In this document: piece after piece, positions 17,027 through 24,582 of the stretch
How the letters are laid out: every line of letters begins with the position of its first letter
Position numbering within the stretch: position 1 is the stretch's first letter
Assembly (NCBI GenBank): GCA_964388165.1
Contig: CAYLZB010000001.1
Location: 1-49,440 of the forward strand
DNA from: an uncultured Flavobacteriaceae bacterium
GTDB taxonomy: Bacteria > Bacteroidota > Bacteroidia > Flavobacteriales > Flavobacteriaceae
Length of the DNA stretch: 49,440 nucleotides
Reading direction: 5' to 3'
Program-made: the position numbers and the translations under genes
Notes under the pieces: model-generated
The model's database searches: none
What the model was told of the DNA's origin: nothing
The model's input: only the letters and a program-made list of their open reading frames with translations

Positions 17027-17485
17027 TTATACTGACAGAACAGTACTGTTCTTCACCGGACTAATAACAAAAGTGCTCTGTGTACTTCCTATATGGTCCA
17101 GAGCAGTAAGTTTGTTCAGCATAAATTCCCTGTATGCCTCCATGTCCTTCACCATTACCTTAAGGATATAATCATACTCCCCGCTTACATGAAAAACCTC
17201 CAGTACTTCGGGTAACTGAGCGACCTGGCTTTCAAAGCCGGAGACATTCTTTTTGGTATGCTGCACAAGTTTGATCTGACAAAATGCCGTGAATGAACGC
17301 GAGACCTTTTCGGGCTTCACAAGAGCCACATATTTTGAGATCACTCCCGCCCTTTCAAGCTTCCTTATCCTTTCATAGACGGCTGTTAAGGAAAGTCCCA
17401 GCTTGGCAGCCAGTTCCTTGTTCGTCTTTTTAGAATTTTCCTGCAGGAGTGCAAGTAACTTTTTATCTGTACTATCTGTAACCAT
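17027..17485 (-). CDS. Lrp/AsnC family transcriptional regulator
   Basis: 'DKKLLALLQENSKKTNKELAAKLGLSLTAVYERIRKLE..GVI' HTH and 'VSGEYDYILKV'. Start set at MVTDSTDKK (17485); the track's longer start runs through the divergent promoter region. Confidence 0.92.
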   Translation of the reverse strand: MVTDSTDKKLLALLQENSKKTNKELAAKLGLSLTAVYERIRKLERAGVISKYVALVKPEKVSRSFTAFCQIKLVQHTKKNVSGFESQVAQLPEVLEVFHVSGEYDYILKVMVKDMEAYREFMLNKLTALDHIGSTQSTFVISPVKNSTVLSV

Positions 17486-17642
17486 CTGTAAATTTTTCCT
17501 GAAAAACTGATCTTTTGCAAATATATCTGAAACAACATCTAAAAAAGACCTTTTTGATAGATAATTTTTCCGAATATGAGCATTATCATTGATATTCTTT
17601 CCTATAATTCTTTCTTTTGAAAAGAATATAAACTTATACGTC

Positions 17643-18866
17643 ATGAAATTTAAACCGGCAGATAAAATCCAGGACTTACAGCATTTCGGAGAATTTGGAG
17701 GGGTTAATCCAAGTATTTCCGATTCTTCTACTTATACATTTCTTTCAGCAAAGACCATGTTTGACACCTTTGAAGGAAATGCAGAAGGCTGTTATTTGTA
17801 CTCCCGCCACTCCTCCCCTTCCAATCTTTACCTGGGAGAGGCACTTGCGGCAATGGAAGGCACCGAAGCGGCAAATGTCGCTGCAAGCGGAATGGGTGCC
17901 ATAACACCGGTACTTTTACAGTTATGCCAGGCGGGCGATCATGTGATTTCCAGCCGCACCATATACGGAGGGACGTATGCATTCTTGAAGAATTTTGCAC
18001 CACGCCTCAATATCAGTACTTCTTTTGTAGATATTACCAACCTGGATAAGGTGGAGGCAGCAATAACCGGGAATACTAAAGTTATTTTTTGTGAAGCCGT
18101 AAGCAATCCTTTGCTTGAAGTGGCAGATCTAGAAGGACTTTCAAAAATTGCAAAAAAGCACGGACTAAAACTGGTGGTGGATAACACTTTCTCTCCCCTT
18201 GCCATTTCCCCGGCAACTATGGGAGCCGATGTCATAATTCACAGTCTTACAAAGTTCATAAATGGTTCAAGTGACACAGTAGGTGGAGTTGCCTGCGGAA
18301 CCCAGGAATTTATCAATGAACTACGCAGCGTCAATGACGGAGCAAGCATGCTGTTGGGCCCTACCATGGATTCCCTCCGTGCCGCTTCCATCCTCAAGAA
18401 TTTACGAACTCTTCACATAAGAATTAAGCAACACAGCCATAATGCGATGTACCTGGCTGAAAAGTTTGAACAGGACGGGCTAAGAACAGTATATCCCGGC
18501 CTTGAAAGTCATCCCGGACATAAGCTCTACAAAAGCATGATGAATGAAGAATACGGGTATGGGGGAATGCTTGTTGTCGATGCCGGTTCCCTTGAAAAAG
18601 CAAACGCGCTAATGGAGCTAATGCAAAGCAACAATCTGGGTTACCTCGCAGTGAGCCTTGGATTCTACAAAACTCTTTTCAGTGCACCGGGAACTTCAAC
18701 ATCTTCAGAAATTCCTGAAGAAGAGCAAAAGGAAATGGGACTTACAGATGGTATCATTAGATTTTCAATAGGACTTGACAACGATATTGAGCGCACTTAC
18801 CAGTCAATGAGGGAATGTATGCAGGAAGTTGGCGTTCTCGAACCTTCGGAAGAATTAGCCAGATAA
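17643..18866 (+). CDS. Cys/Met metabolism PLP enzyme (methionine gamma-lyase-like)
   Basis: 'YSRHSSP', 'ASGMGAI', 'YGGT', 'VVDNTF', PLP lysine in 'HSLTKFING', 'AVSLG'; divergent from Lrp; start at MKFKPADK. Confidence 0.88.
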   Translation: MKFKPADKIQDLQHFGEFGGVNPSISDSSTYTFLSAKTMFDTFEGNAEGCYLYSRHSSPSNLYLGEALAAMEGTEAANVAASGMGAITPVLLQLCQAGDHVISSRTIYGGTYAFLKNFAPRLNISTSFVDITNLDKVEAAITGNTKVIFCEAVSNPLLEVADLEGLSKIAKKHGLKLVVDNTFSPLAISPATMGADVIIHSLTKFINGSSDTVGGVACGTQEFINELRSVNDGASMLLGPTMDSLRAASILKNLRTLHIRIKQHSHNAMYLAEKFEQDGLRTVYPGLESHPGHKLYKSMMNEEYGYGGMLVVDAGSLEKANALMELMQSNNLGYLAVSLGFYKTLFSAPGTSTSSEIPEEEQKEMGLTDGIIRFSIGLDNDIERTYQSMRECMQEVGVLEPSEELAR

Positions 18867-18925
18867 CCTTTGATCGTTCTCCTTTCGAAGATTTAGGTGT
18901 GCTAATTTTCTGATAATTAGGATGA

Positions 18926-18972
18926 AAAAATAAGAGGTCTCAAAAATGTATTTTTTGGCACCTCTTATTTTT
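18926..18972 (+). terminator. Intrinsic terminator with the shared CAAAAATGTnnTTTTTG core
   Basis: AAAAATAAGAGGT...ACCTCTTATTTTT arms around CAAAAATGTATTTTTTG. Confidence 0.75.
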
Positions 18973-19004
18973 GTTATTTCACCTTGGAAGCAATTTTGAA
19001 TCTT

Positions 19005-19012
19005 TATATTTG
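19005..19012 (+). promoter_or_regulatory. -7 element (TATATTTG) for deoC-deoD
   Basis: Exact TAnnTTTG about 95 bp upstream of the ATG at 19108. Confidence 0.6.
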
Positions 19013-19016
19013 TGAG

Positions 19017-19091
19017 GTTTTGCCGTTCAGAAAGAACCTTTCGTGGTATTGACAGGGGTCATATTTAGAGCGGCGAATTTGTCACATTTTT
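19017..19091 (+). ncRNA. Candidate structured 5' leader (three-way junction) of deoC-deoD
   Basis: Hand folding: P1 19019-19028/19068-19077, P2 GAAAG/CTTTC 19030-19042, P3 19045-19053/19058-19065. I cannot match it to a named family. Confidence 0.45.
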
Positions 19092-19107
19092 GCAAAAACA
19101 TTTATTC

Positions 19108-19761
19108 ATGATTGAAATCAACAAATACATAGATCATACGATCCTAAAGGCTACAGCTACAGAAAAGGATATCATTGAACTATGTAATGAAGCCAAAGAA
19201 TACAACTTTTTTTCGGTTTGTGTAAACAGCGGGTATGTTGCTCTCGCCAAAAAAGAACTAAAGGGGACAACTGTGAAAGTTTGTACGGTTGTAGGTTTTC
19301 CTTTGGGAGCCATGTCTACGGCAGCCAAAGTATTTGAGACTCAACAAGCCTTAAAGGATGGTGCCGAAGAATTTGATATGGTGATCAACATTGGAGAACT
19401 GAAATCAAAAAATTTCAAGAAAGTAGAAGAAGAAATCGCTGAGATAAAAAAGGCGGTGGGAAATAAAATTCTTAAGGTGATCATCGAGACCTGCTATCTT
19501 ACTCGGCAGGAAATTGTAATTGCCAGCGAAATTGCGGTTAAAGCAGGGGCCGACTTTGTAAAGACCTCCACAGGATTTGGTGATGACGGTGCAAGGATGG
19601 AGAATATTGAATTAATGAAAAAGGCAGTTAACGGCGAGGCAAAACTCAAGGCTTCCGGCGGTGTGAAAAACCTGGATACCGCATTATCTTTCATCGAAGC
19701 AGGAGTGGAAAGAATAGGCACCTCATCGGGAGTTTCAATAGTTAAGGAATTAAACAAATGA
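19108..19761 (+). CDS. deoC: Deoxyribose-phosphate aldolase
   Basis: 'YIDHTILK', 'VVGFPLG', 'DMVINIG', 'KVIIET', '[10 protein letters not shown]', 'KASGG', 'RIGTSSG'; start at MIEINKY. Confidence 0.97.
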   Translation: MIEINKYIDHTILKATATEKDIIELCNEAKEYNFFSVCVNSGYVALAKKELKGTTVKVCTVVGFPLGAMSTAAKVFETQQALKDGAEEFDMVINIGELKSKNFKKVEEEIAEIKKAVGNKILKVIIETCYLTRQEIVIASEIAVKAGADFVKTSTGFGDDGARMENIELMKKAVNGEAKLKASGGVKNLDTALSFIEAGVERIGTSSGVSIVKELNK

Positions 19762-20456
19762 GCATACATATTGGCGCCCAAAAAGGCGATATAGCAGATA
19801 CAGTATTATTACCGGGAGATCCTTTAAGAGCAAAATGGATAGCGGAAACTTATCTCGATGATGTCTTCTGTTACAACAAAGTGCGAAACATGTTTGGATA
19901 TACCGGCACCTATAAGGGTCGCAGAATTTCGGTTCAGGGAACTGGAATGGGAGTTCCTTCCATATCTATTTACGCACATGAATTGATCAATGACTTTAAT
20001 GTAAAGAACCTTATAAGGGTAGGAAGTGCCGGATCTTACCAAAAAAATGTGAAGCTAAGGGATATTGTCATCGCCATGGCAGCCTCCTCTACTTCAGGTA
20101 TAAACCAGTACAGGTTCCAGGGAGCCGATTTTGCTCCAACCGCAAGCTTTCGCCTTTTTCAGCAGGCAATAGAGAAAGCAAAGGAAAAAAACATTGAGGT
20201 AAAGGCCGGGAACGTCCTTACAAGTGATGAGTTCTATGCAGACGAATTTGAATCATATCAATTATGGTCAAAATTCGGAGTGCTATGTGTAGAAATGGAA
20301 TCATCAGGATTATATACCATAGCCGCAAAACATGGGGTGCATGCGTTATCCCTTCTTACCATATCAGATTCTCTTGTGACTAAAGAAAAAACTACCACCG
20401 AGGAGCGGGAGACCACTTTTAAAGGAATGGTCGAGATCGCACTGGAGCTGGGATAA
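19758..20456 (+). CDS. deoD: Purine-nucleoside phosphorylase (hexameric DeoD type)
   Basis: '[14 protein letters not shown]', '[12 protein letters not shown]', 'RVGSAG', 'VEMES', 'TISD'. Confidence 0.97.
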   Translation: MSIHIGAQKGDIADTVLLPGDPLRAKWIAETYLDDVFCYNKVRNMFGYTGTYKGRRISVQGTGMGVPSISIYAHELINDFNVKNLIRVGSAGSYQKNVKLRDIVIAMAASSTSGINQYRFQGADFAPTASFRLFQQAIEKAKEKNIEVKAGNVLTSDEFYADEFESYQLWSKFGVLCVEMESSGLYTIAAKHGVHALSLLTISDSLVTKEKTTTEERETTFKGMVEIALELG

Positions 20457-20476
20457 TATGAAAAACAGGAAAAAGG

Positions 20477-20512
20477 AAAAGCGAAAATTCTATTAGAGTT
20501 TTCGCTTTTTTT
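20477..20512 (+). terminator. Intrinsic terminator of deoC-deoD
   Basis: AAAAGCGAAAATTC-TATTA-GAGTTTTCGCTTTT followed by Ts. Confidence 0.8.
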
Positions 20513-20524
20513 GTTGGATCAGGT

Positions 20525-20546
20525 TGTACAAAAGATGTACAAAAGA
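20525..20546. repeat. Perfect 11-bp tandem repeat TGTACAAAAGA x2 upstream of nhaC
   Basis: Read directly from the sequence. Confidence 0.7.
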
Positions 20547-20654
20547 GCTTTTTCTGTTCAAAAAGGCAATAGTAGAGCCAAGTATTACAGCCTCAACTTT
20601 TAACTTTTCGTGAAAAATCGTAACATTACCCATTCAAAATTTAGACCCCCTTAA

Positions 20655-22133
20655 ATGGAAGACGAAAAGTTTATTAAAGACACCAAAGTTCTTGAAAATC
20701 GTGAATTAAATATCTGGGAAGCTTTGTTCCCCGTTTTTGCCCTCATTGGAATGCTCGCGTACAATGTTTTTGTCTATGGAGATGATTCTCTTAGCGGTTC
20801 CAATCAATTCATCCTTTTGTTGGGAGGTGCGGTAGCGGCAATTGTGGGACTCTTTAATAAAGTTACTTTCGACACCATGATCGAGGAGGTGGCAAATAAC
20901 ATTAAATCCACCACGGGCGCAATTCTTATCCTCCTCATGGTAGGTTCACTTGCAGGGACCTGGCTCATTAGCGGAATTATCCCCACCATGATCTACTATG
21001 GATTACAAATCCTTAATCCTACCATCTTCCTGGCAGCAACCGTTATAATTTGCTCCGTGATCTCGGTAGCTACAGGCAGTAGCTGGACCACTTCGGCCAC
21101 TGTGGGAATTGCTCTTATAGGAATTGCCGAGGCTCTCGGGATCTCGGTGGGAATGACGGCCGGGGCTATACTTTCAGGAGCTTATTTTGGGGATAAGATG
21201 TCACCTTTAAGTGATACCACCAACCTCGCTCCTGCAATGGCGGGAACAGATCTTTTTACCCACATCAGGTACATGACCTATACTACCGTACCCACCATCA
21301 TTATCACTATTCTGGTTTTTATAATTCTTGGTTTCACTATTGAACCGGAAGGAACTGCAGATACCGCGGCCATCCTGTCCTCCATTGACACGGCCTTCAA
21401 CATTACACCCTGGCTGTTTGTAGTGCCGGTGCTCGTGATCGTTCTAATTGTCATGAAAACTTCCCCACTTATAGCACTTCTCTTAGGAACCCTTTTGGGA
21501 GCAGCTGCCGCAGTAATCTTTCAGCCCGAAGTAGTTACTGCAGTATCGGGTTATGAATATCTTTCTTTTGAAGCGGCATACGTGGGACTTATGAATGCCA
21601 TCACAATTGATACGTCTATTACGACAGACAATGAACAACTGAATGACCTGTTCTCTTCAGGCGGAATGTACGGGATGCTTGGAACGATATGGCTAATTAT
21701 CTGCGCCATGGTTTTTGGTGGAATTATGGATGCCATTGGGGCTCTGGCTACTATAAGCAGGTCCTTACTGAACTTATTCCACACCACGTTCGGTCTTTTT
21801 GCCAGTACCGTTTTTAGTTGTGTTACTCTCAACGCGACAGCATCAGATCAATATCTGGCTATAGTTGTTCCGGGAAAAATGTTTGCTAAAGCTTACAGGG
21901 ACAAAGGACTTGCTCCCGAGAATTTAAGCCGATCCCTGGAAGATTCAGGTACGGTAACTTCTGTACTTATTCCATGGAATACCTGTGGGGCCTACCACAG
22001 CGGAGTTCTGGGCGTTCCCGTAGCCTCTTATTTCTTCTATGCTATCTTTAATTACCTTAGCCCCTTTATGACCTTGTTCTACGCGGCTTTTAATATTAAG
22101 ATAAGACAACTCGGAAGTAAGATCGCAGCTTAA
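20655..22133 (+). CDS. nhaC: Na+/H+ antiporter NhaC family transporter
   Basis: 'ATGSSWTTSATVG', 'SGAYFGDKMSPLSDTTNLA', 'LSRSLEDSGTVTSVLIPWNTCG'. Confidence 0.92.
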   Translation: MEDEKFIKDTKVLENRELNIWEALFPVFALIGMLAYNVFVYGDDSLSGSNQFILLLGGAVAAIVGLFNKVTFDTMIEEVANNIKSTTGAILILLMVGSLAGTWLISGIIPTMIYYGLQILNPTIFLAATVIICSVISVATGSSWTTSATVGIALIGIAEALGISVGMTAGAILSGAYFGDKMSPLSDTTNLAPAMAGTDLFTHIRYMTYTTVPTIIITILVFIILGFTIEPEGTADTAAILSSIDTAFNITPWLFVVPVLVIVLIVMKTSPLIALLLGTLLGAAAAVIFQPEVVTAVSGYEYLSFEAAYVGLMNAITIDTSITTDNEQLNDLFSSGGMYGMLGTIWLIICAMVFGGIMDAIGALATISRSLLNLFHTTFGLFASTVFSCVTLNATASDQYLAIVVPGKMFAKAYRDKGLAPENLSRSLEDSGTVTSVLIPWNTCGAYHSGVLGVPVASYFFYAIFNYLSPFMTLFYAAFNIKIRQLGSKIAA

Positions 22134-22164
22134 TAATAAGGGCTTATGGTTTTCCTGACTTGCA

Positions 22165-22200
22165 ATTGACAAAACCTATCACAAAATAAAAAATAAAGAT
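22165..22200 (+). promoter_or_regulatory. Possible OxyR-type site upstream of ahpC
   Basis: ATTG-N7-CTAT at 22165-22179, then ATAA-N7-AGAT; partial match to ATAG-N7-CTAT repeats. Confidence 0.4.
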
Positions 22201-22202
22201 TT

Positions 22203-22226
22203 GCGGCCTTAGTAAGGCCGCTCTTT
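22203..22226 (+). terminator. Hairpin after nhaC, inside the ahpC promoter region
   Basis: GCGGCCTTA-G-TAAGGCCGC followed by a T-rich tract. Confidence 0.6.
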
Positions 22227-22231
22227 GTTTT

Positions 22232-22239
22232 TATCTTTG
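22232..22239 (+). promoter_or_regulatory. -7 element (TATCTTTG) for the ahpC operon
   Basis: Exact TAnnTTTG 38 bp upstream of the start. Confidence 0.65.
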
Positions 22240-22277
22240 CCGCAGAAATAAATCAATAACTATAAACTTAAAATACT

Positions 22278-22916
22278 ATGGCATTAGTAGGAAGAAAATT
22301 TCCAAACTTAGAAGTAAACGCTATGAACGAAATGGGGGATACTTTTAAGATCAATGTTTTCGAAGAAGCAAAAAAGAACGCAAAGAAAGTATTGCTTTTT
22401 TGGTACCCAAAAGATTTTACATTTGTTTGCCCTACAGAACTACACGCTTTTCAAGAGGCAATGGCCGAGTTTGAGAAGAGAAATGTAATGGTGATCGGAG
22501 CTTCATGTGATACCCCTGAGGTTCATTTCGCCTGGTTGAACACTCCGAAGGACAATGGAGGGATCGAAGGAGTAACTTACCCTATCCTTGCAGACTCTAA
22601 CAGAAACCTTGCTAACCAGCTTGGGATCCTTGATATCACAAACGAAAACTATAACGAAGAAACAGGAACTTATACTGTTGAGGGTGATAACGTAACTTAC
22701 CGTGCTACTTACCTAATCGACGAAGAAGGAACTATATTCCACGAAAGCGTGAACCATATGCCTCTTGGAAGAAACGTGAAAGAATTCATTCGTTTGGTAG
22801 ACGCATATGCTCACGTACAGGAAAAAGGTGAAGTATGTCCTGCTAACTGGGAAGAAGGTAAAGAAGCAATGAATGCCAACCGCCAGGGAGTAGCTACTTA
22901 CCTAAGTTCTAACTAA
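22278..22916 (+). CDS. ahpC: 2-Cys peroxiredoxin (AhpC/Prx1)
   Basis: 'YPKDFTFVCPTEL' and resolving 'GEVCPANW'. Confidence 0.95.
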   Translation: MALVGRKFPNLEVNAMNEMGDTFKINVFEEAKKNAKKVLLFWYPKDFTFVCPTELHAFQEAMAEFEKRNVMVIGASCDTPEVHFAWLNTPKDNGGIEGVTYPILADSNRNLANQLGILDITNENYNEETGTYTVEGDNVTYRATYLIDEEGTIFHESVNHMPLGRNVKEFIRLVDAYAHVQEKGEVCPANWEEGKEAMNANRQGVATYLSSN

Positions 22917-22931
22917 AAAAACAGCATCACA

Positions 22932-23243
22932 ATGAGAGAATTGACAAATGATAACCTGGCAGAAGTAGTTGCCGAAAACAACACCGTTGTCGTACAATAT
23001 ATGGCCGGCTGGTGCGGAAACTGCAGGGTGATGAAGCCTAAGTTCAAGAAACTGGCTGCCGAAAATGAAGATGCGACATTTCTCCTGGTGGATGCCGAAA
23101 AATATCCCGAATCAAGAAAACTGGCTAAGGTAGATAACCTTCCCACCTTCGCCACTTTTAAGAATGGGACACTGGTTAACCAGGTGCAAACAAATAAATT
23201 TGAACTTTTAAAAGATTTAGTCAATGAAGTTACCAGTAATTAG
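22932..23243 (+). CDS. Thioredoxin family protein
   Basis: WCGNC active site; cis-Pro motif 'NLPTF'; 103 aa. Confidence 0.92.
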   Translation: MRELTNDNLAEVVAENNTVVVQYMAGWCGNCRVMKPKFKKLAAENEDATFLLVDAEKYPESRKLAKVDNLPTFATFKNGTLVNQVQTNKFELLKDLVNEVTSN

Positions 23244-23472
23244 ACATCTTCAAAAGAACAATGATCAGGAAAAACTTGAACACACTCTTGAAGTTTTAGA
23301 ATCTTTTTGCGACCACAGGTCGGTAAGTGATGAAGAAATGGATGTGATTGGAGAGTTGATCAGTAACATTTGCGGAGCACTGGAGGTTCAAAAAATGATT
23401 GATGAAGGAATGGCCGAAAAAGATGCGGCAAATAACTTCATGAAAAAGGTGTTGAGTTCGATTGATAAGTAA
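23224..23472 (+). CDS. Uncharacterised small helical protein, third gene of the ahpC-trx operon
   Basis: Overlaps the trx stop, is followed by the operon terminator, and has an amphipathic helical pattern. Confidence 0.8.
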   Translation: MKLPVIRHLQKNNDQEKLEHTLEVLESFCDHRSVSDEEMDVIGELISNICGALEVQKMIDEGMAEKDAANNFMKKVLSSIDK

Positions 23473-23493
23473 CTCATACCAGCAATAAAAATT

Positions 23494-23531
23494 AAGACTG
23501 CCTAGTGTTTTTTAGGCAGTCTTTTTGTTTT
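23494..23531 (+). terminator. Intrinsic terminator of the ahpC operon
   Basis: AAGACTGCCTA...TAGGCAGTCTT followed by a T tract. Confidence 0.8.
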
Positions 23532-23601
23532 ATGACAATTTTAGTAAAATAGATACCCTAAAATTTTAAATTTAGTAATTGAACCACCAAGCTAAGAGAA
23601 A

Positions 23602-24102
23602 ATGTCACAAATCACGCATAAAGGGAAATCTATTACTACTTATGGACACCTTCCGGAAAAAGGAGAAAGGGCTCCACATTTTGAACTGTTAAGATCTGAT
23701 CTGAGTATTGCAACTCTCCAGGATTTTAAAGGAAAAAGAGTAATAATGAATATTTTTCCCAGTATTGATACTTTTATTTGCGCTACATCTGTAAAGAACT
23801 TTAGTGAGAGGGCAAGTGAATTGGATAACGTTGTGGTTTTGAACATTTCCAGGGACTTACCCTTTGCACAGGAAAGATTTAAGAAGGACAATGAAATTAC
23901 CAATTGTGAAAATCTTTCAGATTTCAGGGAACGTAATTTTGGAAAAGATTATGGTTTGGAAATGATAGATGGTGATTGGGAAGGTCTGTTATCCAGAGTT
24001 GTCATCGTTCTGGACGAGAATGGCAAGATCCTTCATACCGAGCAAGTAAAAGATATTGATAAGGAACCTGACTACCTCGAGGCACTAAAACCCCTGTTAT
24101 AA
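23602..24102 (+). CDS. tpx: Thiol peroxidase (Tpx subfamily), lacking the canonical resolving Cys
   Basis: 'NIFPSIDTFICATSV', 'ISRDLPFAQERF', 'LSDFR', 'GLLSR', 'EPDY'. Confidence 0.9.
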   Translation: MSQITHKGKSITTYGHLPEKGERAPHFELLRSDLSIATLQDFKGKRVIMNIFPSIDTFICATSVKNFSERASELDNVVVLNISRDLPFAQERFKKDNEITNCENLSDFRERNFGKDYGLEMIDGDWEGLLSRVVIVLDENGKILHTEQVKDIDKEPDYLEALKPLL

Positions 24103-24470
24103 TGTATGATTTTATCACCGGCCGTATCAAAGGTGGTGGTTACGCAATAAAAGGAGCCTGGCTGCTGTTGAGACATGAGCCCAGTATTCAGGTACAATTT
24201 GTTATTTCCATTTTTGTCACCATTGCCGGATTTTATTTTGATATCACTGCTACAGAGTGGATGTTCCAAATTCTGTCGATCGGGCTGGTTATGGCCACAG
24301 AAGGTGTGAACACGGCCATTGAGAATATCGCCGATTTTGTTCATGCCGACTATCATGTGAAAATAGGCCGTATTAAGGACGTCGCTGCCGGAGCAGTCTT
24401 TTTTGCAGCGGTAGTAGCTGTTGCTGTCGGCTTGATCATCTACCTTCCCTATATTTTCTATACTCTTTAG
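24102..24470 (+). CDS. dgkA: Diacylglycerol/undecaprenol kinase (DgkA family)
   Basis: 'EGVNTAIENIAD', 'IKDVAAGAV'; three hydrophobic helices. Confidence 0.9.
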   Translation: MYDFITGRIKGGGYAIKGAWLLLRHEPSIQVQFVISIFVTIAGFYFDITATEWMFQILSIGLVMATEGVNTAIENIADFVHADYHVKIGRIKDVAAGAVFFAAVVAVAVGLIIYLPYIFYTL

Positions 24471-24552
24471 GTAGAAATTAAACTAATAACACTGCCGATA
24501 ACTTCTTTCAAATAGATTTTTCCTTTTCTTTATATTAGCTGATGCTAATTTG

Positions 24553-24560
24553 TATTTTTG
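24553..24560 (+). promoter_or_regulatory. -7 element (TATTTTTG) for ftsK-lolA-lptF
   Basis: Exact TAnnTTTG 22 bp upstream of ATG 24583; argues against the track's 24550 start. Confidence 0.6.
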
Positions 24561-24582
24561 CCCCCAAACCCTGAGTCCCATT

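Noticed and set aside
17465-17490. ATCTGTA x3 at the Lrp start
   Set aside because: Irregular spacing (9 then 10 bp) and mostly coding; chance cannot be excluded.
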